A stretch of 64,000 nt of DNA from Pedobacter sp. (GTDB lineage Bacteria > Desulfobacterota > Desulfuromonadia > Desulfuromonadales > Syntrophotaleaceae), in assembly GCA_050253415.1 (NCBI GenBank), contig JBFWJC010000008.1, positions 54,499 through 118,498 on the forward strand, in the 5' to 3' direction. A program made the position numbers and the translations under genes. The stretch's first letter is position 1. Each line of letters opens with the position of its first letter. Shown piece by piece: positions 52,410 through 61,869 of this stretch. The notes below the pieces were generated by a model. That model had not been told where the DNA came from. It saw nothing but the letters and a program-made list of their open reading frames with translations, and ran no database searches.

Positions 52410-52472
52410 CACTGACAAGCTCTAAAGCGGGCGCCAGCTTTATTGGCGATCCGCTGCATGCCCGGGTTGTGC
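52410..52472 (-). repeat. attC, 63 bp, mutated core
   Basis: CACTGAC...AGCGGGCGCCA/TTGGCGATCCGCT...GTTGTGC. Confidence 0.7.
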
Positions 52473-52817
52473 ATATTTCCTCCAGCAAACAAACTTCGCA
52501 TTGGAAGACGAGCCCATTGCCTTGATAACGGCTTCATTGTCGAATTCGGGAAGCGTTTGCAATGCCTCAAGCAACTTATTTGCGCCTTCTGCACCCTGTG
52601 GAACAGCACAGCCGCTCTTAAGATCCGATGCTAACAAAAGCCAAAACACATCCTCGGACCAAGGGCCTTCATCTGTCGTGAGAATCCCAACTTCAACAAG
52701 GTCATCCCAGCGAACAGACTCCTGAACTCCATCCGGTCTGATTCGGGTCACAGAATCATCAGTAACGATGACTCTATCAATCTGTTTCCTGCGCCAAAAG
52801 AAATCTAGAATGCCCAT
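52440..52817 (-). CDS. Cassette: hypothetical protein
   Basis: 125 aa ORF bounded by attC sites, reads into attC. Confidence 0.75.
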   Translation of the reverse strand: MGILDFFWRRKQIDRVIVTDDSVTRIRPDGVQESVRWDDLVEVGILTTDEGPWSEDVFWLLLASDLKSGCAVPQGAEGANKLLEALQTLPEFDNEAVIKAMGSSSNAKFVCWRKYAQPGHAADRQ

Positions 52818-52826
52818 ATCTCACTA

Positions 52827-52884
52827 ACCCAACGTTGCATTCAGGGGATGCCGTCAGGCAATCCGCTGAAATTATTGGTTATAC
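52827..52884 (-). repeat. attC, 58 bp
   Basis: ACCCAAC...TTCAGGGGAT/ATCCGCTGAA...GTTATAC. Confidence 0.8.
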
Positions 52885-53723
52885 AATTTTGCTTTTGGAT
52901 AAGATCCAAGGAACTTAACTTTATTGATCTTGCGTATTTCCTCTAGAGCATCGAAAACCACAGGGTCTTGAGTTCGTCCATCCAAATCGATAAAAAAATG
53001 ATATTTACCAAACGCCCTACGGGTTGGACGTGAGATAATTGATGTTAAATTAATTTTTCTCTTAGAAAAAGAATTCAATATTTCTCCGAGCAAACCGGGA
53101 TGATCATTGTCATCCAATACTACAATGCTCGTTTTATATTCCACTTCTCCATTCTGTTTTGGAGCGTTCTTACTGCTCGACAAAGCAAGAAAGCGAGTTT
53201 GGTTGTTCTTGTAGTCATTTATGTTGTCAACCACGGTTGGAAAATCATTCTGTGAAATGGAACTTGAAGGCACAATTGCAGCACTCTTACCGGCCGCACA
53301 GCGAGCACGCTCTAATGATTCAATATTGCTCTCCGTTGTAACGATTTTGATCGCGCCTAGAGATTCAATAAACTCACTGCATTGCCCTTTTGCCACAAAC
53401 TGGACAAACAATTGATTAATTCCAGGCAGGTCATTTGTCGTGCTCACAAAAGAGAATTGAATCGACAGCATAACTTCACCAACGATTATCAGATCAGCAC
53501 CGACTAACTGATCAAGCACCAATGGTATGAACCCTTCTGAAAAGTTCTCGATCGGAAGAACACCGATCTCACATGTCCTTCCGATTGACTTTAATACACT
53601 TCCAATTGTGGGGAAATACACCACCTCATATGGATCACCCAGGGTAGCAGCATACTTGGAGGCTGCGGCGTCAGAGAATGTCCCTGGAGGACCTAATGTT
53701 GCAATTTTTTTCATAATTTTCAT
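52872..53723 (-). CDS. Cassette: prephenate dehydratase-like (PDT + ACT)
   Basis: LGPPGTFS, LPIENFSEG, NQTRFL, INLT.I.SRP, YHFFID, FLGSYP. Confidence 0.85.
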   Translation of the reverse strand: MKIMKKIATLGPPGTFSDAAASKYAATLGDPYEVVYFPTIGSVLKSIGRTCEIGVLPIENFSEGFIPLVLDQLVGADLIIVGEVMLSIQFSFVSTTNDLPGINQLFVQFVAKGQCSEFIESLGAIKIVTTESNIESLERARCAAGKSAAIVPSSSISQNDFPTVVDNINDYKNNQTRFLALSSSKNAPKQNGEVEYKTSIVVLDDNDHPGLLGEILNSFSKRKINLTSIISRPTRRAFGKYHFFIDLDGRTQDPVVFDALEEIRKINKVKFLGSYPKAKLYNQ

Positions 53724-53744
53724 GTTTTTAGGCTCAGTACATTT

Positions 53745-53859
53745 GTATGGCGATATCAATAACCGGCGGCGCCCCGAGCTTACGTGCCCCCCGAAATTTG
53801 GTTGTACTTTTCAAATTTTCACAGACGTATTCTCCGCCCATCTTATTGCTTTGTCAGGC
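53745..53859 (-). repeat. attC, 115 bp, both core sites mutated
   Basis: GTATGGC...GTCAGGC; body aligns with attC 58441. Confidence 0.75.
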
Positions 53860-54339
53860 CTTTTTTATGACAAATTTCATTTTACGCCCGCCGGTAACTT
53901 CAAACCCATTTTCTTCGTAAAAATTGATGGTTCTCTCAAACTCAGGAAGCGGTGGTGTGCACAATTCTAAACGTTTCCACCCAAGCGATTTAGCATATCT
54001 GATTGCACTTTCCAGTAATACAGAGCCTACTTTTTGAGACCGGAACTCTGGTTGAATATAAAATTCCTGAACAATACCAAAGGTTCCTTCAGCATAGAGT
54101 GCATGACTTTCACACAGGGCAGCGAAACCAATTGCGGTATCCGTTTCTCCGTTTATCGCAAGAAACACTCTATATTTGCCACGCTCCATCAGGTTTTGGC
54201 AAAGTCCTGTTGTAGCAGTTAAATCGACATTGAAATGTTGGGCACCTGTTTTATTGATGATTTCATCTGTAAGAGCTTTCGCTAAAAAAGCAATTACATG
54301 TGCATCTAATGGAGACGCCTTTTTAATATAGATGTTCAT
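53854..54339 (-). CDS. Cassette: GNAT acetyltransferase
   Basis: EFYIQPEFRSQKVGS.LL, FYE.NGF. Confidence 0.85.
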   Translation of the reverse strand: MNIYIKKASPLDAHVIAFLAKALTDEIINKTGAQHFNVDLTATTGLCQNLMERGKYRVFLAINGETDTAIGFAALCESHALYAEGTFGIVQEFYIQPEFRSQKVGSVLLESAIRYAKSLGWKRLELCTPPLPEFERTINFYEENGFEVTGGRKMKFVIKKA

Positions 54340-54352
54340 TTTATCCCCTGAT

Positions 54353-54481
54353 GACTAACGTCCTGGGTAAGCGGTCGGGCTGTGCCGGTTGAGAAGCAAT
54401 GACCTTTTCGTGGGCACCTCGACACGTCAACGGTCGAATAATCATACGGGTAGCACGTCGGCTGCAACGATCTTGTCAGTC
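54353..54481 (-). repeat. attC, 129 bp, R'' mutated
   Basis: GACTAAC...GTCAGTC. Confidence 0.7.
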
Positions 54482-55615
54482 TGCACTATCTCTCGCAAGG
54501 CATGTATCCACGATGCGCCCTAAGAGTTGCGCTGCCAAAGGAATCAGTGAGTCTGGAAAATCGTAATCGGGCTTATGCAATTCTGGCACGTCCGTTCCAG
54601 CTCCAATTCCGAAGAGTGCGCCCTCCGATACAGCCGTAAATTGACCGAAATCCTCGGACCATCGGAACGGCGTGTCTGGTACTTTCAGTGAGTTCGGCCC
54701 GACAGCACTGCGAACAAGTTCAACTGCGATTTGAGAATTTATAGTTGTCAGAAAAATATCCTCGTATTCAATATCAACTTCCAGGTCACTTGCCGACGCG
54801 GATTCATGCACTAACTGCTCGGCGTCGCCAACAATCCTTGACATGGTGTCATCCGTTTCGCTTCGTAAAGTCGCCCATACCTCAGCCTTATCAGGTGCAA
54901 TGCCAAATGCCTTTTCGCCAAGTGCGGCTCCGACGACGGTCACGAACGCGGTCTCGTTAACCGGCACCGTACCGGTTGGCAGGTTGGAAAGCCTTTGAAT
55001 GACCTGGCACATTGCATTTGTCGGGCTCTGGCCCGTTTCTGGCTGTGCTGCGTGGGCGGCGATGCCAGAAAGACGCACTGCCATTCCCCTCGATGCGCCG
55101 GTAAAGGTGCCGGCGCGAATGATGACTTGTCCTAAAGGGAACCCTGGCAGATTATGCAATGCAAATGCGTAGTGCGGTTTGATCTCAGCGAATTTCGGAT
55201 CCTGTAATACGGCAGCTGCACCTTCACCGTTCTCTTCCGCAGGTTGATAGAGCAGTACTACTTTTCCGCGACGCGGGCGCTTTGCGGCAAGTTTGGTGCC
55301 GACAGCAGCGAGGATTGCCATATGACCGTCATGCCCACATTTATGGGAGACACCGGGGGTGAGGGATCGGTATTTGGTCTCGATGGTTTCTTCAATGGGA
55401 ACTGCATCCAGCTCGCACCGCAACAGTACGGTTGGACCAGCGTCCTTTCCGGAGAACACGATTGCCACGCCATTTCCCCCGAGACGCTCAATGATGTTGT
55501 CGGGTTGAAGGACTGCGAAAAACTCAACTATTCTCTGTGCGGTCTGTGCCTCATGACCGGACAATTCCGGATGCCGATGAAGTTCATGGCGGAGTCGTAC
55601 AACGGCATCTACCAT
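54476..55615 (-). CDS. Cassette: M20 amidohydrolase
   Basis: LHRHPELSG.E, HKCGHDGH, QPAEE, SEDF, LH.PDYDF. Confidence 0.9.
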   Translation of the reverse strand: MVDAVVRLRHELHRHPELSGHEAQTAQRIVEFFAVLQPDNIIERLGGNGVAIVFSGKDAGPTVLLRCELDAVPIEETIETKYRSLTPGVSHKCGHDGHMAILAAVGTKLAAKRPRRGKVVLLYQPAEENGEGAAAVLQDPKFAEIKPHYAFALHNLPGFPLGQVIIRAGTFTGASRGMAVRLSGIAAHAAQPETGQSPTNAMCQVIQRLSNLPTGTVPVNETAFVTVVGAALGEKAFGIAPDKAEVWATLRSETDDTMSRIVGDAEQLVHESASASDLEVDIEYEDIFLTTINSQIAVELVRSAVGPNSLKVPDTPFRWSEDFGQFTAVSEGALFGIGAGTDVPELHKPDYDFPDSLIPLAAQLLGRIVDTCLARDSAD

Positions 55616-55637
55616 TTTCTGTAACCCTCTACTGGCA

Positions 55638-55757
55638 GTCTAACGCCAAGTTCAGTGGTGGCCGGACTGGGGTGACGGCTTGCGCTATAAAATGAGTGTA
55701 GCGAATTACGCTAGAAGGCGCGAAGTGTAGGGCATCCACTGCAAGGCCTGGTTATGT
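55638..55757 (-). repeat. attC, 120 bp
   Basis: GTCTAAC...CAGTGG/CCACTG...GTTATGT. Confidence 0.8.
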
Positions 55758-55769
55758 GTTAAATGCTGA

Positions 55770-56171
55770 TCACTCCGGCAAACCGTCAAATTTTGGTATG
55801 GTTTCAAACCCTGCCGCCCAACTAGCCCGACTTCGCATAAAAATACGCGCAGTCGGTTTAAGAGATATTTCACTATCAAGACAGCCTGCGGGTACTATGG
55901 TAACGCCTGACATTTCCACCCTGGGAAGAGCCGAACCGCAATGCTTACAGAAACTTTTACAATGCCTCGTGCCCGGTAGAGTAAAGGTATTTACTTCACT
56001 TTCACCAGTAAGCCAAGTCAGCCGTGCAGACTGAGAAAACAGATTTGCTGCATGGGCCGAACCTGTATCTTTTTGGCAATAGTGGCAATAACACAAATAA
56101 AATGCATTGAATTCACCTTCGAGCTTGAATGTCACGGTGCCACATAAACACGAGCCAGAATGTAATTTCAT
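55770..56171 (-). CDS. Cassette: GFA family protein
   Basis: GSCLCG, CYCHYCQK..GS, FCKHCGS. Confidence 0.88.
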   Translation of the reverse strand: MKLHSGSCLCGTVTFKLEGEFNAFYLCYCHYCQKDTGSAHAANLFSQSARLTWLTGESEVNTFTLPGTRHCKSFCKHCGSALPRVEMSGVTIVPAGCLDSEISLKPTARIFMRSRASWAAGFETIPKFDGLPE

Positions 56172-56211
56172 GCCACGCCTCTCTCAAATTAGCTTCGTGG
56201 GTAACTCGGCT

Positions 56212-56274
56212 ACCAAACACCGCGTATCAGGGACGGCATGCTCCTCGCCGTCTCTCTGAATACGATTGTTCGGC
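56212..56274 (-). repeat. attC, 63 bp
   Basis: ACCAAAC...CGTATCAGGGACGGC/GCCGTCTCTCTGAATACG...GTTCGGC. Confidence 0.8.
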
Positions 56275-56293
56275 AACTCATTGATTAATTGTA

Positions 56294-56929
56294 TTAATCA
56301 CATGTCCCAAATACAGCAGCTATGAAGCCCTGTAGCTTTTCAATAATCGATTCTCGTTCTTTGTCAAAAAGTTCTGTCCCATGGGCATCTCCTTGATAGA
56401 ACAGCAATCCTTTTGGATCGTCAAATATTTCAAACATCTTACGAGTATCGTTTGCCCCATCATCATGTTCCGAGTTTATCAAGAGTTTGGGAATTTTAAT
56501 TCTACTCAATTCATCCTTGCGATAAAAGACAGTTCCTTCATATTCGATAGGAGCTGAAAAAGCCACGACGCCAGCTATACAATCGCTATTAACATGTCGA
56601 GCTGCGACTTTTATAGATGCGACCCCACCCCTGCTTGCGCCAATAAGGATAATTTTCTTCGCTCCCGAATCACAAACAAATGAAATTGCATCTTCAAGAG
56701 TTCCCGATTGATCGTCTATATGCTGAAGATAATCATATGTGAGAATCATATATCTGTCTGAAATAAGGTCATTAATAATGACATCCCATTCACTTTGATC
56801 ATTGGTATCCATGTTGGAAAAGATAATTGCCATATGGCCTGAACCATAAAGGTTGCCATTGATAGACCTGCTATCTGGAAATGATTGTGCAATTGGAATG
56901 CTGACTGATCGTGTGTTGATTGATCTCAT
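56294..56929 (-). CDS. Cassette: alpha/beta hydrolase
   Basis: GASRGG nucleophile elbow, SEHDD, AHGT; start uncertain. Confidence 0.8.
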   Translation of the reverse strand: MRSINTRSVSIPIAQSFPDSRSINGNLYGSGHMAIIFSNMDTNDQSEWDVIINDLISDRYMILTYDYLQHIDDQSGTLEDAISFVCDSGAKKIILIGASRGGVASIKVAARHVNSDCIAGVVAFSAPIEYEGTVFYRKDELSRIKIPKLLINSEHDDGANDTRKMFEIFDDPKGLLFYQGDAHGTELFDKERESIIEKLQGFIAAVFGTCD

Positions 56930-56953
56930 TTGATATGTTCCATTGTTCACTGC

Positions 56954-57034
56954 TGTCAACGTTAGCGGTAAGTGGACCAATGCAAGGAGCGCAAGCGACG
57001 CGGCATTGGGTCCACTTGAACGCCCTTGTTAGGC
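56954..57034 (-). repeat. attC, 81 bp
   Basis: TGTCAAC...AAGTGGACCAATGC/GCATTGGGTCCACTT...GTTAGGC. Confidence 0.88.
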
Positions 57035-57096
57035 GGCGCGCAACTCTCTCGGTTGAACCTCATTCTCTGATCTGGGACACCCAGCATTCAGATTTC

Positions 57097-57828
57097 TCAA
57101 TATATTCCAGGAATCAACCGATAGCGCACGCGTCGTGCATAGTCTCGATAGCCCGGCAACTCTTCCAGTAAAGTCTGGTCTTCAAGTACGGTTCTAATCA
57201 ACGCGATGATTGATGCCACCGCCGCAGGAATCAGTGTCCATACCGAGCCCAGACCTAGAACAATGCCGAACAGTGCTAGAATATTTCCGGCATAACCCGG
57301 ATGCCGCACAAACCGGTATGGGCCACTGTCACACACCACATGCCCTCGATCCGTCTGAATGCGCACCACGCTGGAGAAAAAGCGGTTCTCTGCCAATGCC
57401 CATGCAGCGAAAGCGTATCCGAGCGAGATCAAAATGAAGCCAATCACGATGAGCCATAGCGGAAATTCGGTGGACCAGTTATATCGGTGGTCGAGCCCTG
57501 CTACTATGACCATAGGAAACCCGATACTCACCGCCATCAGTGGAGCAAGCACCTTGTCCCAGGCTTTTGCGTTTTGGATACTTTCAATATTTTGTCTTTC
57601 GGCTGTTAATCCAGGATGTCGTTGTTCCGCCCACATGCGTCCCCCTATACCAGCGGCAAAGATCAGTAGGGAATAGAGCCACGCCTGCCACCAGCCGAGG
57701 TCCCCACCGCATATTAATAAAATCAGCGGGATTAGGAGGTACACCGCAACTAATCTGATCCACTGGCGAGGGGATGCTGTTTGAGCTGCCTCTTCATTAT
57801 TAGTCTTTTCTGACACGTCATTCCCCAA
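57097..57828 (-). CDS. Cassette: isoprenylcysteine carboxyl methyltransferase family membrane protein
   Basis: ENRFFS.VVRIQ, GPYRFVRHPGY, ED..L..EL.GY.DY...VRYRLIP; start uncertain. Confidence 0.85.
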   Translation of the reverse strand: MGNDVSEKTNNEEAAQTASPRQWIRLVAVYLLIPLILLICGGDLGWWQAWLYSLLIFAAGIGGRMWAEQRHPGLTAERQNIESIQNAKAWDKVLAPLMAVSIGFPMVIVAGLDHRYNWSTEFPLWLIVIGFILISLGYAFAAWALAENRFFSSVVRIQTDRGHVVCDSGPYRFVRHPGYAGNILALFGIVLGLGSVWTLIPAAVASIIALIRTVLEDQTLLEELPGYRDYARRVRYRLIPGIY

Positions 57829-57850
57829 AATAAAATGGATTTGAGTGTGT

Positions 57851-57955
57851 GCCTAACGTGTTGCTAACAGGCGGCGACGGGACGGTGCGACTTGGTAGAG
57901 ACCTAAACGAGAACCACCCCCGTCTCAACCGTCCGCGTGCAGGGTGTGGTTATGC
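57851..57955 (-). repeat. attC, 105 bp (family A)
   Basis: GCCTAAC...GGCGGCGACGGG...CCGTCCGCGTGCAGGGTGTG-GTTATGC. Confidence 0.85.
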
Positions 57956-58414
57956 TTGGGGGAAATGAACTGGGTTTGGTCCACGATTCTTTGTTCTGAC
58001 AACAACAGTATTTGCCAACTTGTCATGCCATCCTTGCTTTCTGCTATCAAAACCAACCCAGGCTAGACCCAACCCAAGTGGAATCATTGAAATCAAATAG
58101 GCTAAGTATCTACCAATGCTTTGACCTAAATTAAGATTCGCGCCAGAGCCTGCATCCACCACTCGCATCGACAAGGCCATTTTGCCTGGAGTTGCTTGCT
58201 TATTTATCCAAAACCAAATGACAGCAACGGCCGGAAGAATCCATGAAATCAAAAAGTCAGCAGGACCAGCTATAAAGGCAGTTGATTCGAAATATTGCCA
58301 TCCATATATAGAAACTAAGATTGGAAATGTGATAACAGCCAGTAAGATGGAGTCAATAATTGTAGCCCCGGCACGCACCCAAAACCCAGCATATTCAAGA
58401 TCTGAATCTTCCAT
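57950..58414 (-). CDS. Cassette: RDD family protein
   Basis: YAGFWVR.GA.IID, TPGK, RKQGWHDKLANTVVV. Confidence 0.9.
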   Translation of the reverse strand: MEDSDLEYAGFWVRAGATIIDSILLAVITFPILVSIYGWQYFESTAFIAGPADFLISWILPAVAVIWFWINKQATPGKMALSMRVVDAGSGANLNLGQSIGRYLAYLISMIPLGLGLAWVGFDSRKQGWHDKLANTVVVRTKNRGPNPVHFPQA

Positions 58415-58440
58415 TTAGAGTTTCTCCGTTCAAAAAAAGA

Positions 58441-58557
58441 GGATAACGGTTCATGATAACCGGCGGCGACGTGTCCTTGTGTGCACCACCTCAATATGGT
58501 TTTGTTTTACAAATTAGCACAGACGTTTTTTCCGTCCGGTTGATTAGTTTGTTAGAT
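58441..58557 (-). repeat. attC, 117 bp (family B)
   Basis: GGATAAC...AACCGG/CCGGTT...GTTAGAT. Confidence 0.85.
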
Positions 58558-58574
58558 TGCCTTCTCTTACAATT

Positions 58575-59015
58575 CTACGAACTGAGTATGCAAGGTCGGT
58601 CAACCTCATCATTTTCGTAATAACGAACTTCAATCACGTTTTCATCTGGGTCACGAAAATAGATAGAAAAACCTGAACCGTGAGCGCCCCAGCGTTTAGA
58701 TGGGCCATCGTCAATTGAAATATGGTTTTCTTTAAGTTTTACCTGTAGCGATTCCCAATTATTTTTACTCGTAGAGAGACAGAAATGATTGAGGTTGGGG
58801 CGGCAAACGTTTTCAGGATTTGTTGTTTTCCAAAGTTTTTTTGGGAAAAGGTCGATAATGGTGTCTTTTGTAATTCGAACTGATGGGAAAGGAACTTGAT
58901 TGTTTTTAAATTCTTCTATCCGTTCGCCGGGCAAATCAAGAATTTTCGTGTAGAAATGAAGCGACTTGCTAATATCAACAGTGTTGATAACAATATGATC
59001 CATTTGAAAATTCAT
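58575..59015 (-). CDS. Cassette: VOC/glyoxalase family protein
   Basis: DHIVI..D...S..FY..IL, NHFCL, SIYFRDPDENVIE. Confidence 0.88.
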   Translation of the reverse strand: MNFQMDHIVINTVDISKSLHFYTKILDLPGERIEEFKNNQVPFPSVRITKDTIIDLFPKKLWKTTNPENVCRPNLNHFCLSTSKNNWESLQVKLKENHISIDDGPSKRWGAHGSGFSIYFRDPDENVIEVRYYENDEVDRPCILSS

Positions 59016-59078
59016 GGTCTACTCCCCCATTTACTGAAAAGTCCAAGATCCTTATTCTTTCTATTTTTAAATTCTGCA

Positions 59079-59184
59079 ATCTAACGATTGAGGTCACCGG
59101 CGGCGACGGGCCGGGCCAGTTTGGTAGACACCTAAACGAGAACCACCCCTGTCACACCCGTCCGAGTGCAGGGTGTGGTTAGAT
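59079..59184 (-). repeat. attC, 106 bp (family A)
   Basis: ATCTAAC...GTTAGAT; near copy of attC 57851. Confidence 0.88.
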
Positions 59185-59193
59185 TGGCGGTCT

Positions 59194-59469
59194 TTAGATT
59201 CTTTCTTTTTCATCCTCTTTATCGGAAACAGGATCATAATTACGCCGATTGCAAATCCCAAGACGATGACTCATTTTTGCCTGTTCTTCTATAGGTTTTA
59301 CTGGAGGTACATTGTGAAGAACAAATGCATAAAATATAGGACCAAAAACTGGGATTGCTGCTATAGCTGCTATAAGAAATTTTACGAACCATGGATCACG
59401 ATTGCGATAAATAAATAACCAGCATATAGCAGTTGCAATTGCCGAGATTGTGAAGAATCCTTCTCTCAT
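59194..59469 (-). CDS. Cassette: small 2-TM hypothetical protein
   Basis: 91 aa ORF bounded by attC sites. Confidence 0.65.
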   Translation of the reverse strand: MREGFFTISAIATAICWLFIYRNRDPWFVKFLIAAIAAIPVFGPIFYAFVLHNVPPVKPIEEQAKMSHRLGICNRRNYDPVSDKEDEKERI

Positions 59470-59477
59470 AACCCTTT

Positions 59478-59593
59478 ATCTAACGGTAGTGATAAGCGGT
59501 GGCGACGTGAGGGTTCGGCCTACTACCGCAATTTGATTTTGTATTTCGGGAAGCACCCAGCCCCATTCCATCCGCTTGATGGCATGGTTAGGC
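59478..59593 (-). repeat. attC, 116 bp (family C)
   Basis: ATCTAAC...AAGCGG/CCGCTT...GTTAGGC. Confidence 0.85.
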
Positions 59594-59619
59594 AGGCGTG
59601 CCAGTAAAAAAGATATGCC

Positions 59620-60567
59620 CTAATTTAGCTTACTTTGTATTACTGCTAGACAGGCTTTGGCCTTGTTTCTGTTTATGTCCTTAGTTGCATTAATCGAGAC
59701 ATAGGCAATACCAGCTACCGCAGTCTCATTTAGCTCCTCTACCGGAAGGTTATCGCATGAGTTCGGAAGTTGATTTGCGACTGCATCTGGATAGGCATGT
59801 GTAACTATGTCTGCGTATTTCTGCAGTTCATCTGCAGTCATAGATTTTAAATCAAGTTTCGCTAGATCTTCCGTTGAATAAGCTAGTCCAAATTGATTGA
59901 ACAGGCGTCCGTCTATGTTTTTTGGTGATATTTTTCGTGCCGATTCGATCACTTGGGGGAAAGCCCATGAATCGGGTAAAGGAATGGCGCCTTCGGCTTG
60001 CGGTTCAATTGATTTACTAGCCTTATTTTTTACTAAGCGAAAGGAGGTTTCTAGCGGGACTGAAACATTGCGAAATACATCTTTAATGTTGAAATAAACA
60101 GACCATTTCCCAAACTGGTCACCCTCTTCACCTATGTACTTGATTACAGTCTGGGCAAGAAATATTGATCTGGGGTCATCTTTTAGTTTCCCTTGCGCAC
60201 AGAGCACGTCATGTTCATTGACTGAAAAAGAACCATCAGGTCTTGTAAGCTTTATGTCACATAAAATTTTAAAGTTTGAAGATTGATCTAATTTTGGATT
60301 TGCAAAGAAGGCAAGAATTGTTAATTGTTCACCAAGCATTACTTCTTCAGCCTCGGAAAATTGAGGCACGTTTTCACGGGGCGTATTCCATTCTTCTTCC
60401 CAATCTTCATCTGGAGTGACTAGTAACCAGCCTCCAAAACCATTAATACTCTTCTGGTTATTAGTGTTTGGAGCTATTGACCCATCTCTCATCCGCCATT
60501 GGAAATCTACACAATACGCTGCCTGTGTAAATACAAACAATAGTCCTATTGTTATCAAAGCTCTCAT
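59620..60567 (-). CDS. Cassette: exported hypothetical protein
   Basis: Signal-like N-terminus, AAGGA RBS, 315 aa. Confidence 0.75.
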   Translation of the reverse strand: MRALITIGLLFVFTQAAYCVDFQWRMRDGSIAPNTNNQKSINGFGGWLLVTPDEDWEEEWNTPRENVPQFSEAEEVMLGEQLTILAFFANPKLDQSSNFKILCDIKLTRPDGSFSVNEHDVLCAQGKLKDDPRSIFLAQTVIKYIGEEGDQFGKWSVYFNIKDVFRNVSVPLETSFRLVKNKASKSIEPQAEGAIPLPDSWAFPQVIESARKISPKNIDGRLFNQFGLAYSTEDLAKLDLKSMTADELQKYADIVTHAYPDAVANQLPNSCDNLPVEELNETAVAGIAYVSINATKDINRNKAKACLAVIQSKLN

Positions 60568-60580
60568 AGCTTCCTTGCAT

Positions 60581-60685
60581 GCCTAACGTAAAGGTCAGCG
60601 GCGGCGACGGGACGGCACGATCTAGCAGAAACCAAAACGAAAATCACCCCTGTTTCACCCGTCCGAGTGCAGCGTGTGGTTAGCA
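60581..60685 (-). repeat. attC, 105 bp (family A)
   Basis: GCCTAAC...GTTAGCA; similar to 57851 and 59079. Confidence 0.88.
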
Positions 60686-60716
60686 GCCGTCCCTCATTTA
60701 GCCTAATTTCCAAAAT

Positions 60717-60944
60717 TCATGTATTTTTAACAAGTACAAAACCTTCTTCCCAATTATCTTTATCTATAAAATATTCATTGATCGTAAACTCTCCATCTTG
60801 CTCGGAAAACCCTGGAAGAAGACGATACTTTCCTGCGATTTTGTTTTCTGCTTTTTCTCTTGATGAGTAAACCCCCAACAACTTGTCGTCTTGTTCGCCG
60901 TCAGGGAGATGATGGGTGTGGTAAAGAAGGAATACCGAAATCAT
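60717..60944 (-). CDS. Cassette: small hypothetical protein
   Basis: KLLGVYSSREKAE...LPGF...W.EGF, 75 aa. Confidence 0.75.
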   Translation of the reverse strand: MISVFLLYHTHHLPDGEQDDKLLGVYSSREKAENKIAGKYRLLPGFSEQDGEFTINEYFIDKDNWEEGFVLVKNT

Positions 60945-60954
60945 TTATTTCACC

Positions 60955-61027
60955 TGCTAACGACCGAGCTCAGGGCGATTGCGGACCGTGCAGCGTGTAG
61001 CAAATCCGCTGGAGCCCTTGGTTAGAT
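60955..61027 (-). repeat. attC, 73 bp
   Basis: TGCTAAC...GCTCAG/CTGGAGC...GTTAGAT. Confidence 0.85.
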
Positions 61028-61031
61028 GAGT

Positions 61032-61364
61032 TCAATTTTGACGTTTTATATGATCAGGGACAAAAATGAAGAGAAAGTAAAGGGCAGCTGTTGCATAGTT
61101 TCCAATAATCAACATCCATCCCCAAAGAACTCTCTGTTTTAACTCTTTCCTTTTAAAGAAATCAGTGAGCATCCATATCCAAAGTCCAAAGGAACCGAAA
61201 AAGCCCCATATTGCCCCTATCAAGATATGCAAAGGCAAACGGGACCATTGGACGCCAGCCCATTGATCAAGCGACCCAAAGAAAGAGCCGGCGACAAGAA
61301 TAAGGATGCCCGTGAACAAAATGGATGTAATTGCCAGCCTTGTCATACTCACCATATCTTTCAT
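61032..61364 (-). CDS. Cassette: small membrane protein
   Basis: About 3 TMs; first ATG overlaps the core site (GTTAG-ATG). Confidence 0.7.
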   Translation of the reverse strand: MKDMVSMTRLAITSILFTGILILVAGSFFGSLDQWAGVQWSRLPLHILIGAIWGFFGSFGLWIWMLTDFFKRKELKQRVLWGWMLIIGNYATAALYFLFIFVPDHIKRQN

Positions 61365-61443
61365 CTAACGCCCACATAAAAGGCGGAGCGTCAGCGACGT
61401 CCAGCGCAACGAAGTGGAGCGGTTTTTGATGTGCTTGTTAGGT
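61363..61443 (-). repeat. attC, 81 bp
   Basis: ATCTAAC...CACATAAAA/TTTTGATGTG...GTTAGGT. Confidence 0.85.
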
Positions 61444-61860
61444 GATTTCAACATGCAACCGCCACTCTGGTGAATTACTTGAGTAGTTTTCACTTTCTGA
61501 GTATTCACTTATATAGCTATAGCCTTCTCCTCGCCCTGCAAGATCATTTAGAAATGCTTGCAGGCTAGATAGAACACGGTTGCTACCATAGATTCTTAAG
61601 ATATCTCGATTGTTCCAATCATCCATTGAGAAGTAGTCATTCATTTTATTTTGTAGAGAAGTAAAAAGCTCTTCTTTTGCTTCATCTCGAATAATCTCAA
61701 TTGATATATCAGACTCAGACAGCATCAATATTGGATTTTTAGAACTAATAGCTTTACCGACAAAATCTGCGAATAGATGATATTCATCTGGTTTTGCATA
61801 CAAAACTAGGTCGTCAATCAGCCCATTTGAACGGAACATTTGGCGTGCTTCGATTCTCAC
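61438..61860 (-). CDS. Cassette: acidic hypothetical protein
   Basis: GTG start just after the core site; stop TAA within R''. Confidence 0.7.
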   Translation of the reverse strand: MRIEARQMFRSNGLIDDLVLYAKPDEYHLFADFVGKAISSKNPILMLSESDISIEIIRDEAKEELFTSLQNKMNDYFSMDDWNNRDILRIYGSNRVLSSLQAFLNDLAGRGEGYSYISEYSESENYSSNSPEWRLHVEIT

Positions 61861-61869
61861 TACTTTTTC

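Noticed and set aside
52173..52418. N-terminal extension of the 268-aa ORF 51612-52418
   Set aside because: Extension crosses attC sequence; RBS-supported GTG is at 52172
57851..60685. Recurring ~105-bp repeats as CRISPR or REP/MITE
   Set aside because: Separated by whole genes, bounded by attC core sites, no target duplications or cas genes
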